In this document: positions 12,547 to 24,865 of the stretch, piece after piece
Layout of the letters: every line of letters starts with the position of its first letter
Position numbering within the stretch: the stretch's first letter is position 1
NCBI GenBank assembly: GCA_964016885.1
Contig: OZ024751.1
Location: 47,306,001 to 47,370,000, forward strand
Origin: Eledone cirrhosa
Taxonomy: Eukaryota
Direction: 5' to 3'
DNA length: 64,000 nt
Made by a program: the position numbers and the translations under genes
Notes under the pieces: generated by a model
The model's database searches: none
The model's input: only the letters and a program-made list of their open reading frames with translations
Told to the model about the DNA's origin: nothing

Positions 12547-12953
12547 CCTTGTAGAAACTGTTCTAACAGCAATGTCTGAGATGATACTAGTGCCAGGTAG
12601 CATCAGCTTTACCTTTCTCTTAGACTACATCAGTAACATGGAGAAGAAAAACTTGTATGCACAGACAACTTCTAATCTTCCACAATAAACCTTACCCAGT
12701 CCTGTACGGTGCAATAGAGAGGAACTTTCCAGATGCAGATACTCCAACTGTCTATATCTGATGACCTCTGACATTAGTTCAATGTGTATCTAGGACTATG
12801 TTATCAAATGTGTCCTTTTTTGAAAGAGAGCAATTTAAAGGAGATTTAGTTGCTAGCTCTGGCAGGTTGATTAGCAATGAAGAGATTCTCTCTTTAACTT
12901 ATTCTGTGTGACCGAGATAGGTGAGTCTAATGGTCTATTCCTTCTCATTTCAG

Positions 12954-13024
12954 CATTCATTTCATCAGACAGACTCCTTTGAAGTTATTGTTGAAAACTT
13001 CTTAGCAAAAAAAGCTGAAGACAG
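12954..13024 (+). CDS. ZZEF1: ZZEF1-like short coding exon
   Basis: tttcag/gtcagt; HSFHQTDSFEVIVENFLAKKAED; phase 0 in, phase 2 out fits both neighbours. Confidence 0.65.
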
Positions 13025-13206
13025 GTCAGTATCTTTCTATTTATTATTAGTGTTGTTGTTACTGGATGTTTATAATAGCTGAGATATACTCTAGCCTAAT
13101 GAGGTAGGATGTTTGGAATGCTCAGGCACTTAATGCTACATGAAAGGGATGAGGCATGAGTCTGTAGGCTTGGGATATATTTTAACATTAACTTGTATTA
13201 CTTCAG

Positions 13207-13335
13207 TTCTAGCAGTGATCCCCTGGCATCGTTTGATGACATCTTACCTTCTGCTGCTGCTTCTGCTACTACCAATAATGACCAAACTGTAGACTCTGGT
13301 GTCCAATTCCTTGAATTCAAAGGAATGAAAGATGT
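13207..13335 (+). CDS. ZZEF1: ZZEF1-like coding exon
   Basis: cttcag/gtgagt; SSSDPLASFDDIL...FKGMKD; phase 2/2. Confidence 0.7.
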
Positions 13336-13580
13336 GTGAGTCTCATATTATATCTTTTATTCTATTCTGTCCTATCCTATTCTGTTCTATTCTTTTGTCC
13401 TATTCCGTGATATTCTGTCGTATTTCATTCTGTCCTATTTCATTCTGTCCTATTCTCTCTTATTCTATTCTGTCCTATTAAGTGCTATACTGTCCTATTC
13501 CATGCTATTCTCTCTTGAACCGTGCTATTCTGTCCTGTACTAATCCATATCATTCTATTATTCTGTTATTCCACTTCTAG

Positions 13581-13920
13581 TATGACAAATTGTACAACAG
13601 AAGAAGTACCTCACTGTTTTGAAGATTTGATCACACTGCCAGATGAAGTTCAGAACGACATTGAACAGGAACGGAATAAGAAGAGTGCTGAACTCTTACA
13701 GAAGGATTACAAGAGCCGTGTACCGGACAGCTACTTGCTCCAGCTGACCAGGGCCATTGTTGTACTTTACTCTCGTCAGTTATTATTGTCCTTACTGTCT
13801 GCCTGGTCAGATGATATCCCACCCATCACGGCAAACCTCTTTGGAGTTTTGGATGGCTTCCAAGTGTCTTGTATATTTGATCTTTTACATGGAGTCCTGC
13901 CTAAGAAGGAGACTGACCAG
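13581..13920 (+). CDS. ZZEF1: ZZEF1-like coding exon
   Basis: ttctag/gtaggt; MTNCTTEE...KKSAELLQKDY...RAIVVLYSRQLLLSLLSAW; phase 2/0. Confidence 0.9.
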
Positions 13921-13924
13921 GTAG

Positions 13925-14380
13925 GTCATAGATATAGACATTCCTCTTTGGTGGTGGTCATGGTGGTGGGTTATAGACATATAGACATTCCTCTTTAGTG
14001 GTGGTCATGGTGGGGGTCATAGATATACAGACATTCCTCTTTGGTGGTGGTCATAGTGGAGGTCATAGATATACAGACATTCCTCTTTGGTGGTGGTCAT
14101 GGTGGTGGGTTGTAGATATAAAGACATTCCTCTTTTGTGGTGGTCATAGTGGGGGTTATAGACATACAGACATTCCTCTTTGGTGGTGGTCATGGTGGGG
14201 TCATAGATATACAGACATTCCTCTTTGGTGGTGGTCATGGTGGTGGGTTGTAGATATAAAGACATTCCTCTTTTGTGGTGGTCATAGTGGGGGTTATAGA
14301 CATACAGACATTCCTCTTTGGTGGTGGGCATGGTGGGGTCATAGATATACAGACATTCCTCTTTGGTGGTGGTCATGGGG
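13925..14380. repeat. ~39-bp minisatellite starting at a splice donor
   Basis: gtcatagatatacagacattcctctttggtggtg units. Confidence 0.9.
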
Positions 14381-14447
14381 GTTGTTAGTTGGAGGAGTGG
14401 GGGCTTTGGTATTTGACACAATCATAACATACTAAAATTATTACTCA

Positions 14448-14449
<2 letters not shown>

Positions 14450-14478
<29 letters not shown>

Positions 14479-15855
14479 TATACTCATGTAAACACAACAT
14501 ATGTGCACATATACATACATACACACCTGTAAACACAACACATGCACACACATATATACTCGTGTAAACACAACACATACACACACACATATACTCATGT
14601 AAACACAACATATGTGCACATATACATACATACACACCTGTAAACACAACACATGCACACACATATATACTCGTGTAAACACAACACATACACACACACA
14701 TATATACTCATGTAAACACAACACATACACACATATATACTCATGTAAACACAACACATACACACACATATATATACTCATGTAAACACAACACACACAC
14801 ACACATATATACTCATGTAAACACAACACATACACACACACATATATACTCATGTAAACACAACACATACACACATATATACTCATGTAAACACAACACA
14901 TACACACACATATATATACTCATGTAAACACAACACATACACACACATATACTCATGTAAACACAACACATACACACACACATATATACTCATGTAAACA
15001 CAACACATACACACACATATATACTCATGTAAACACAACACATACACACACATATATACTCATGTAAACACAACACATACACACACATATATATACTCAT
15101 GTAAACACAACACATACACACACATATACTCATGTAAACACAACACATACACATATATACTCATGTAAACACAACACATACACACACATATATACTCATG
15201 TAAACACAACACATACACACACACATATATACTCATGTAAACACAACACATACACACACACATATATACTCATGTAAACACAACACATACACACATATAT
15301 ACTCATGTAAACACAACACACACACACACATATATACTCATGTAAATACAACACACACACACACATATATATACTCATGTAAACACAACACATACACACA
15401 TATATATACTCATGTAAACACAACACATACACACACATATACTCATGTAAACACAACACATACACACACACATATATACTCATGTAAACACAACACATAC
15501 ACACACATATATACTCATGTAAACACAACACATACACACACATATATATACTCATGTAAACACAACACATACACACATATATATACTCATGTAAACACAA
15601 CACATACACACACATATATATACTCATGTAAACACAACACATACACACACATATACTCATGTAAACACAACACATACACACACACATATATACTCATGTA
15701 AACACAACACATACACACACATATATATACTCATGTAAACACAACACATACACACATATATATACTCATGTAAACACAACATATGTGCACATGTACATAC
15801 ATATACACACATGTAAACACAACACATGTGCACATGTACACACATGTAAACGCAA
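14450..15855. repeat. ~32-36-bp CA/TA minisatellite
   Basis: tactcatgtaaacacaacacata(ca)n(ta)n. Confidence 0.95.
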
Positions 15856-15935
15856 CACATATCTGTTTTTCTTCATCTTCTAAATATTTGATCTGTGATT
15901 CTCTCTATCTATTGAACAACCAACCTGACCAACAG

Positions 15936-16132
15936 GCCATTGAGAATGGCACAAAGCGTTGTGACTCAGCCTTGTTACCCGAAGTGGCTCTGATGGCTTG
16001 CCAGTTCCTCGAAGAAGACAATGATGTCGTCATCTGCCGGGAGTCGAAACACAACTATGAGAACAACACAAGGGAAGAAGAGAAGATACATGTGCCAGGA
16101 GCTTCCTACCTTAGTGTCACATTTGATAACAT
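15936..16132 (+). CDS. ZZEF1: ZZEF1-like coding exon (start of CUB-like C-terminal domain)
   Basis: aacag/gtaagt; ACQFLEE...RESKHNYENN...KIHVPGASYLSVTFD matches ZZEF1 'RESKHPYNNN..KVHIPGAIYLSIKFD' (recalled). Confidence 0.95.
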
Positions 16133-16181
16133 GTAAGTTGTGATGTGGTGGTGGACACTATAGCAGAAATATATATATATA

Positions 16182-16406
16182 TATATTTATTAAAATAACA
16201 GATTAAAGTTTAAGCAAAGAATCGCTGCTTTCACCCTTAACGGGATCTTCTGAAGATCCCGTTAAGGGTGAAAGCAGCGATTCTTTGTTTAAACTTTAAT
16301 CTGTTATTTTAATAAATATTTGCTCTAGGGTTCTTATATATTTGATATATATTTATCCTTATCGAGCCGTCTTTGGATTTTAGTCTTCAAATTTATTATT
16401 ATTACT
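16182..16406 (+). mobile_element. Family P1 fold-back element (~68-bp arms + ~85-nt tail) in (TA)n
   Basis: Near-perfect palindrome centred at 16251; related copies at 17683-17785, 43631-44010, 46445-46565, 50512-50623, 51678-51900, 54793-54840; tail-only at about 50932 and 52987. Confidence 0.8.
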
Positions 16407-16517
16407 ATATATATATATATGTGTGAATGAAGTAATTCCGTCGGAAAAGTCCAGGAAAAAAGAGTGCTCTATGTAGGTAACAGAGCTTAGTTATGTAATA
16501 AACAACATAAGGCAATT

Positions 16518-16579
16518 ATTCCATTTACCAGTGGTTTCTTAAAAGCAAAAGATTTTGCTTTCAATCCTCAGAATGAAAA
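16518..16579 (-). ncRNA. Type I hammerhead (family P2)
   Basis: Reverse complement of the 16806-16867 fold. Confidence 0.85.
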
Positions 16580-16715
16580 AATTCTGGTCTGTTTATTGAA
16601 TTTGGATTTTAAAAACAAAAATGCAATCTATATGAAAGTGAGGCTGGAGAAGGAAGAAGGAAAGGAAAAATAAAATAAAACTACACATGCAAACACACAC
16701 ACAAAAACACAAAAG

Positions 16716-16776
<61 letters not shown>

Positions 16777-16805
16777 CTGGTCTGTTCAATAAACAGACCA
16801 GGATT

Positions 16806-16867
16806 TTTTCATTCTGAGGATTGAAAGCAAAATCTTTTGCTTTTAAGAAACCACTGGTAAATGGAAT
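16806..16867 (+). ncRNA. Type I hammerhead (family P2)
   Basis: ttttcatt CTGAGGA ttgaaagcaaaa-tc-ttttgcttttaa GAAA ccactggt A aatggaa; predicted cut after 16859. Confidence 0.85.
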
Positions 16868-17327
16868 AATTGCCTTATGTTGTTTATTACATATATATAT
16901 ATATATATAAATATAAGTATAATAACTTATGAAATGAAATTTTGTTTCATTTTTTCCATTTATATATATATATTTATATATCTATATATGTATGTAAAAG
17001 GTAAACAAATAACACCACAATCGGTACAGTATATGGAAGGTATATATTAGATTAACACTTGAAATAGCAAGGAAGAGGGTCTTAATGTTTTGGATGCTAG
17101 TCCTTCAACAGAAGAAACAATGAGAAATTAAAAAGATTATATATATATATATATTTATGGTGATATTTGGGTTTTCCAATATAGCGATGGACAGATACCT
17201 CGTATGTATCATAGTATGACCCACCACTCTACATTGAAACATATGTAGGATTAAAAATGTTTTAAGTATAACTTGGTTCTTCTCTCTCTATTTATATATA
17301 TATATTTATATATATTTATATATATAT

Positions 17328-17666
17328 ATCATCATCATCATCATTTTACGTCCGCTTTTCCCTGCTTGCAAGGGTGGGACGGGAATTGATTCTGGCTTGA
17401 TTTCTACAGCTGGATGCCCTTCCTAACACCAACCTCATTTACAGTGAGTGCTGGGTGCTTTTTTGCCATGGCACCTCCACGTCCACGTTGCAGTGGAATG
17501 ATAGGGATCCCAGTCCCTATCATTTCATTTCTACAGCTGAGTAAACTGGAGCAATGTGAAATAAAGTGTCTTGCTCAAGGAAACAACACATCACCCGGTC
17601 TGAGAATTGAACTCACAATCTTTCAATTGCAAGGCCAATGCTCTAACCACTAAGCCATGTGCCTCC
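17328..17666 (-). mobile_element. Second copy of the 474-816 SINE
   Basis: Near-identical reverse complement. Confidence 0.9.
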
Positions 17667-18358
17667 ATATATATTTATATATAGTAATAATAATAATGTG
17701 AAGACTAAAATCCAAAGAGAACTCGTTAATGGTGAAAGCAGCAATTCTTTGCTTAAACTTTAATTTGTTATTTTAATAAATATATATAGATGGAAAAATT
17801 AGCTTTTAAATCATTTTTAATTCCTTAGACATGTTTCAAGAGAGCTGAACATCAAATTATTCGAATAACGTCTGGTGATAATTTGTATAATCAAGATCTA
17901 TATATACACAATGATATATAGATATATTGTTTGCACTTCTCCATCTTCAGAGGAATAAATTGAAGCAGAAAGTATCTGAAACTAAAATTCTTACCTTAGG
18001 CAAGACAAGGAACCTTACATGGCGAGTGCCTAAAAATATGAAAACAAAGGTTTTTTTTATCTATGTTGCTCTCATAACACTATTTTTCATAGTGTTTTAT
18101 TCAAACACAAACATATATATTCTTTGATTTCTCATTTTATCTTCTGCTGAAGGACTAGTGTGTATGCATGTCTATGCACATTAATATATATATATTTATA
18201 TATATGTAGAGGTTATATTTAATTTGTTGGGATACAACAAGCAAAATATTTTTTATAACTGATATAAAGCACTCAACAAATTATTGGAGTAAATATACAA
18301 TATATTAACAAATGGAAACTATATTTATAAAACCATATTATAAAACTAATCTATATTA

Positions 18359-18413
18359 TATTTTATCTGATGAAAGCGCACCATAATCTGCCTTAGTGGC
18401 CCTCCCTTGAAAT

Positions 18414-18421
<8 letters not shown>
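18359..18421 (+). ncRNA. Hammerhead (family P6) truncated at its cleavage site
   Basis: tattttat CTGATGA ... GAAA tattgtat A then (TA)n; the 3' arm of stem I is absent. Confidence 0.55.
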
Positions 18422-18450
<29 letters not shown>

Positions 18451-18793
18451 TTAATTATGCTATATATATATTTATTTAATTTTGTTATATATATATGTTT
18501 ATATATATATATATATATATGAATATGTCATTTATTTTGTCTGACCTGTTTAGCTTGACTTGTTTTTTGGCTTAGGTGGTTAATGGCTTCTTAACCGCCT
18601 TCTCAGTTTGTATGGCCTTTATAACCTATGTTTATTGCTCTGGTCTTTTTTAGCCCATGGAGCGCTTGAAAGCATGACTCGGAATTTGCGTTACGTTTCG
18701 CTTTTTCTACCCGCTGAAATGCGATTCTTGTTGAATTTATATTTGTATTTATATATATTTATATATATATATACACACACATATATATATAGA

Positions 18794-18846
18794 GAGATTC
18801 CTGATGATTTCTAAAGAATGAAACAGTTCTAGTCCTGTAGAATCTC
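18794..18846 (+). ncRNA. Type I hammerhead (family P3)
   Basis: gagattc CTGATGA tttc-taaa-gaat GAAA cag-ttctagtc-ctgt A gaatctc; perfect 7-bp stem I; cut after 18839. Confidence 0.88.
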
Positions 18847-18906
18847 ATCTATATTAAAACTTATATATATATATAAATGTAAATAGACATGCATTTTGTT
18901 TTTATT

Positions 18907-19125
18907 TTGTCGATCGACTTTTGTCAAATCGGACCGAGGAAACAATGTTTCCATGGGTCTTTCCAATTGCTAATACTATCTATCAGTCGCAGCTCCAAAT
19001 AGAAGGAGCAACATGAAATGAAGTGCCTTGCTTAAGGACATAACACATCGCCCGGTCCAGGAATCAAAATCACAACCTCACGATTGCGAATCCAATTCTC
19101 TAACCACTCAGCCACACGCCTTCAC
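18907..19125 (-). mobile_element. Copy of the 11491 SINE variant
   Basis: Reverse complement similarity along its length. Confidence 0.8.
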
Positions 19126-19216
19126 ATGCATACACACATAAAATCACTGACAGACACATGATGTATGTATTCAATGTGCGATGTAGCAAATATTAACTTC
19201 ATAACATCATTTGCAG

Positions 19217-19335
19217 GTGTTCTACTGAAGAGGGTTGTGATGAATTGGATTTCTCAACATCTCCAGATTTCCAAAGCAATGTTCATGAAATCAGTGGTGT
19301 GTCTCGAAGCAATTGGACGTCGTTTCAAGTCCCAG
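19217..19335 (+). CDS. ZZEF1: ZZEF1-like coding exon
   Basis: ttgcag/gtgagt; CSTEEGCDELDFSTSPDFQ...WTSFQVP; phase 2/1. Confidence 0.95.
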
Positions 19336-19532
19336 GTGAGTTTCATCATAACCATCATCATCATCATATCTATTATCATTATCTTCACCACCACCATTAT
19401 CGCCCCTACCATAATCACTATCACCATCTTCACCACCACCTCTGTTATCATCATCATCATCACCACCACCACGATGATGATATATATGTTTGCGTATATA
19501 TATATATATATATATATATCTGTGTGTTTCAG

Positions 19533-19674
19533 GTGACTCTCTGTATTATAACTTCACAAGTGATTCTGAAAACACATTCTGGGGTTACAAGTTCACAGTG
19601 GTTGCTGGCTTCAGGGACCGTTTCAGCACAGGTTATTTGATCCTGCGAACTCTTCTTTTCACCGATCTTTATAA
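19533..19674 (+). CDS. ZZEF1: ZZEF1-like coding exon
   Basis: tttcag/gtaagt; GDSLYYNFTSDSENTFWGYKFTVVAG..RFSTG; phase 1/2. Confidence 0.95.
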
Positions 19675-19839
19675 GTAAGTTTGACACTGTGTGACACTGG
19701 TTGTAACAGCTTGAATATCTATGTTGAATATGTATTATTTATTTTGAGAACAATACCTTAACATAAGTATAAGCAGCTGGTTTTGGCAGGTTTGAACCGA
19801 AAGAGGTAAGAGAATTCTGGTCGGATATGGCTGGTTTAA

Positions 19840-20423
19840 CCTGTTGACTGCTGCATATATTTTACACAGCTACACTTGCTGTGCTGGGTTTTCAGTAAAA
19901 TAACTATTTTTTTAAACCAACAGTCATTAACAACACATATCTGAATAATTGACACATCAATAAACTAGTAACCCCATCTAGCTTTGATGTTATGAACTGT
20001 TTGAAACGAGTTTATACCTTTGATGTTATGAACTGTTGGAAACGAGTTCATAACTTTGAAGTTATGAACTGTTGGAAACAAGTTTATACCTTTGATGTTA
20101 TGAACTGTTGGAAATGAGTTCATAACTTTGAAGTTATGAACTGTTGGAAACGAGTTCATAACTTTGATGTTATGAACTGTTGGAAACGAGTTTATACCTT
20201 TGATGTTATGAACTGTTGGAAACAAGTTCATAACTTTGATGTTATGAACTGTTGGAAACGAGTTCATAACTTTGATGTTATGAACTGTTGGAAACGAGTT
20301 CATAACTTTGAAGTTATGAACTGTTGGAAATGAGTTCAAACTTGTTAGGATGAGTTATCTCATCTCTGGCAATGGAATGCATACATGTTAGGATGAGTTA
20401 TCTCGTCTACGGCACTGAGGAGG
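19840..20423. mobile_element. Second TTAA element with 36-bp tandem array, nested in a minus-strand copy of the first MITE
   Basis: TTAA duplicated at 19836-39 and 20424-27; host sequence resumes 'atgctaaagggttaa'. Confidence 0.8.
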
Positions 20424-20497
20424 TTAAATGCTAAAGGGTTAAACTGTTATTGTTGTTTGTTTTCTTTATTGTTTTAATACTGTTTCTTTTTCTGCAG

Positions 20498-20614
20498 ACA
20501 TTTACCAATCAAAGACATCTGGTGTCACCTAGTCCATGTTGCCTGTAAACAAACTCATGTGAAACGACTAAACACCATCTTTCTACTGTTGAGAATACTC
20601 CACATTCAACTTGA
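20498..20614 (+). CDS. ZZEF1: ZZEF1-like coding exon (missed by ORF track)
   Basis: ctgcag/gtatgt; HLPIKDIWCHLVHVACKQTHVKRLNTIFLLLRIL; phase 2/2. Confidence 0.95.
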
Positions 20615-20926
20615 GTATGTCTAGTCATCTACTTTCACTTTTACTTTTCAACATGTGTATCTTTGTTTTGTTTTTGTTTTTTACATTCTGTTATGTATTT
20701 CTCCCTTTTGCAATAGATCTATAAATGTGTGTATGTGTGGTGCATGTGTGCCTCTGTGTGTGCATGAATATGTACATGATGTGTGCTAAAAAAGAAACTG
20801 AGTTAAGTAAAAGATGGATAGACAGATAGCTAAGTAAGTTTGTATCTCTATGCGTATCTCCATATGTGTATATATATATATATCAATAATATTAATAAAT
20901 GGAAACTTTCTTTATAAAACCATATT

Positions 20927-20987
20927 TATTTTATCATATATATTTCAAGGGTACCAGTAGTTTGGTACGCTATCGTCAGATAAAATA
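20927..20987 (-). ncRNA. Hammerhead (family P6), probably inactive
   Basis: tattttat CTGACGA..gtacca/tggtac..GAAA tatatat G ataaaata; G at position 17, whereas the fragment near 54670 has A. Confidence 0.7.
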
Positions 20988-21392
20988 CAATAATCAGTTT
21001 ACAGATAGTGACATATCTACATATGAACTTAATGTTATGAGTTCTATGTAAATAGTGGATAAAACTTCGAAACTCAAGATGAATATGCTAATGAGGATAA
21101 CGTTGAAACTGAAAAAGACCGTTATGTTTAGATGCTAAGTATATTTAAATTATTATCAGAGTTATTTTTTAAAAAGAAAAGAAAAAAGAGGGTTACTATT
21201 AAAATTGAAGAAAAGATTTTAAGAAAAAATATTTAAAGCTACTTACAGAATGTTTATAGAAAAATGCGTATATAAGTGTCCGAGCATATTTACATGGGTA
21301 TAGAAAGAATGAAATAATTATATATATATATATATATATAGATAGAAACACACACAGAGATACAAACTTACCTAGCTCGCTCTCTCTCTCTC

Positions 21393-21487
<95 letters not shown>

Positions 21488-21549
21488 GTATATAAATATA
21501 TATATATATATATATGTATACATGTGCATTATATACACACACACACATG

Positions 21550-21606
<57 letters not shown>

Positions 21607-21620
21607 GTATACATGTGCAT

Positions 21621-21666
<46 letters not shown>

Positions 21667-21905
21667 ATGTGTGTGTATACATATGTTTAATGTATATATA
21701 TATGTAAGTGTGTATATATATATATATATATGAAATTGAGTGAAAGAGAAAGAGTGATCGTAACTGGATGTGTTATGTGTGCCTCTGTGTGTATGTGTGC
21801 CTCTGTGTGTATGTGTGCCTCTGTGTGTATGTGTGCCTCTGTGTGTATGTGTGTATGAAGCATTGAGTCAATAATTTCACCACTGTTATTACTTGTCATT
21901 TGCAG

Positions 21906-22092
21906 ACATCCAGAAAATACGACTTACATCAATTTGACACTTCTCCGTCCACTTTGGAAGCTTTATGTATCACTGAGCCAACCTGGAACCCAACAACCAC
22001 AACAACAACAACAACAACAATCAAACCAACAACCTCTCCCGATTCAAAGAGCTCTCACTGAACTCTTTCTACATACAGAAAATCTTGCAGTG
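21906..22092 (+). CDS. ZZEF1: ZZEF1-like coding exon with polyQ insert
   Basis: ttgcag/gttcgt; NLTLLRPLWKLY...LPIQRALTELFLHTENLAV; phase 2/0. Confidence 0.92.
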
Positions 22093-22517
22093 GTTCGTAC
22101 TAGTTCTCGTCTCTTTCAGCATCACATTTCATTCTGTTTCAATAATTCTGCACTATCTAACACAATAAGCCAACGGAACCAACAAGGAGGCGAACCTCTA
22201 TGTGGTTTCTAGCCTTGCTAGAAATAGAAACGAAATCTGTCTCAAAATTACACCCTAGGCTTGTATCGGCCATTGCCTTTCTCTTAAATAACATCATTGG
22301 TGTTGAGAGAGAGGCAGGTTTGCATGGGCGACTGCTGGTCTTCCACAAACAACTTTGCCCAGACATGTGCCCCGGAAAGGAACTTTGTAGGTGCAAATCC
22401 CATGGTCATTCATAATCGAAGGGGGTCTTTTTTTTTTTTAGTCCAAATGGTTTGCTTAATCAGGGTTGAGTTGCTGCTAAATAAAATTAACTATCACAAT
22501 TCTTTTGTTTGTTTCAG

Positions 22518-22589
22518 GAATGGGAAATGAAAGAAGAGTATTTACTTGCTCTGCAAGAACCGAAGGAAATCCTTGCTAAAGTCTTTCAT
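22518..22589 (+). CDS. ZZEF1: ZZEF1-like coding exon
   Basis: tttcag/gtaagt; EWEMKEEYLLALQEPKEILAKVFH; phase 0/0. Confidence 0.92.
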
Positions 22590-23057
22590 GTAAGTTTTGT
22601 ACCATCCATTTTGTCATTTTATTGTTATAGTTCCTTGCTTTGCCTTTCATTCTTACAAGCTTGATAAAATAAAGTACCAGTAACACACTGGGGTTGATTT
22701 AATTGACATTCGCTTCCTCTAAATTGTTGGCCTTGTGCCTAAATCAGAAACCATTATTATAGTTTCATTTGAGTATAGTTGATTGGCAGTAATTGGTAGA
22801 GCGTCGGACAACATGCTTTGTGGCATATAAGTACATCCCTTTACATTCTGAGTTCAAATCTTGCTGAGGTTAGCTTTGCCATTCATCCTTATAGGGGTTG
22901 ATAAAATATAGTACCAGTAATGCATTGAGGTTGATTTAATTGACTTTTCCCTTTCCTTCAAATTGCTAGCCTCGTGCTAAATATAGAAACAATTATTATA
23001 GTTCCTTTTTATGCTGGTTATCATGAAGACCTTTGACCTCTGGTCTCTTTGGTTTAA

Positions 23058-23268
23058 ACCTTTTAGTATTTAAACCGGCCGTATCCGGCCACAATTCTCT
23101 TACGCCTTTCTGTTCAAACCGGCCATAACTGAACCCTTATACTGATGTTAAGGTATTGTTTACAAAATAAATATTATCAAAATCTCGTAGATTCAATATT
23201 ATGAGATAATTATGTGAAATAAAGTGTTTACCATGAAAATACAATAAAGTAATTTAAATGCTAAAGGG
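23058..23268 (+). mobile_element. Unexpanded copy of the TTAA MITE
   Basis: TTAA flanks; colinear with both ends of 8633-10487. Confidence 0.85.
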
Positions 23269-23514
23269 TTAAGGACTTCTATTGTCCTCAGCAAAGTTGA
23301 GAGGAGTGTATCTCACATGAAGGAGCCCTGTAAAGTGGAATGGTAGATGTTGGAGTATGTCTCATGGACAGTTCTCTGCAGCAAGGTTTTCACCATTTTG
23401 TCTGTGGGATGCAACTGAGGCATACCACCTGGTCAATAGTGCACAGTTTACCCTCCCCTCTCTCTCTCCCACTCTCTTTAATTAATTCCTCCCCCAACTT
23501 TTTCTTTATCTCTA

Positions 23515-23930
23515 TTTTTCTCTCTCTCTCTCTCCTCTTTTTTTCTCTCTCTCTCCTCTTTTTTTCTCTTTCTCTTTTTTTTCTCTTTCTCTTTTTTTCT
23601 CTCTCTCCTCTTTTTTCTCTCTCTCTCTCTCTTTTTTCTCTCTCTCTCCTCTTTTTTCTCTCTCTCTCCTCTTTTTTTCTCTCTCTCTCCTCTTTTTTTC
23701 TCTCTCTCCTCTTTTTTCCTCTTTCTCCTCTTTTTTTTCTCTCTCTCCTATTTTTCTCTCTCTCTCTCCTCTTTTTTCTCTCTCTTTTCTCTCTCTTTCT
23801 CCTCTTTTTTTCTCTCTTTCTCCTCTTTTTTCTCTCTCTCTCCTCTTTTTTTCTCTCTTTCTCCTCTTTTTTTCTCTCTCTCTCTCCTCTTTTTTTTTCT
23901 CTCTCTTTTTTCTCTCACTCTCTCCTATTT
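23515..23930. repeat. Polypyrimidine CT/T tract
   Basis: About 400 nt almost only C/T. Confidence 0.9.
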
Positions 23931-24775
23931 TTTAAAATACTTTAATTATTGCTGAATTAAATTTCATTTAACTTTATAGACATAAAGTTAAAATATCAAA
24001 TGAGTTAAATAACAATGATAATTTTATTGTTTTTTATATCTTTTCAAAAGTTCCTTTGATGTATCGCTGAGGAGTATAAGATAAATAGTAGAGAGAGAGA
24101 GAGAGAGAGAGAGTGGAGGGTGGGGTGAGGGTGGGGTGTTTAAATGATCTTTTATTGATTATATTTTAGACTATAAAGTATTGAATGATTATGTGGTGTG
24201 TGTGTGTGTTTCTATGTTGCATGCATCATCATCATCATTTTACGTTGGGTTTTCCATGTTTGCATATTTCTGTATATGTGCGTTTCTTTGTTTCTTTGTG
24301 TGTGTGTGTGTTTATGTGTATGTATTTATTTCTATGTGTGCATATTTCTTTGTGTGTGTATGTGTGCTTATTTTTATGTATGTGTGTTTGTTTGTGTGAG
24401 TGTGTGTTTGAGGGTTTGTTTCTCTGTATGTATGTGTGTGTGTGTGGGTTTGTTTTTATGTGTCTATTTGTTTCTGCGTGTGTTATGTGTGTGTATGTTT
24501 GTTGTGTGTATGTGTGTGTGCATATCTCTTTATGGATGGGTGTGTATATGTTATAGAGAAATCTACCTCTTTACCGTACTATATGACTATTATATATTCT
24601 GAGTTCAAATCTTACTGAGGTTAACTTTGCCTTTCATCCTTACAGGGTCGATGAAATATAGTACCAGTAATGTACTGGGGTTGATTTAATTGTCTTTTCT
24701 CTCCCCAAAAATTGTTGACCTTGTGCCTATAGTAGAAACTATTATTAATATTATTATTACTATTTATTTTTACAG

Positions 24776-24865
24776 GGTGCTTGTGTAATTGCTGCTATTG
24801 GACTTGCTCTTGGGGTGAAGAATTCTGCTTTAGAAGCCATTTTGGGTAAATCAAAATCAAGTTAA
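24776..24865 (+). CDS. ZZEF1: ZZEF1-like terminal coding exon
   Basis: ttacag acceptor; GACVIAAIGLALGVKNSALEAILGKSKSS-TAA, resembles ZZEF1 C-terminus 'IAAISLAI'. Confidence 0.9.
   Translation, partial: GACVIAAIGLALGVKNSALEAILGKSKSS

Noticed and set aside
12915-12926. Strong donor AG|GTGAGT before exon 12954
   Set aside because: It would give a 33-nt intron and is not needed for frame continuity
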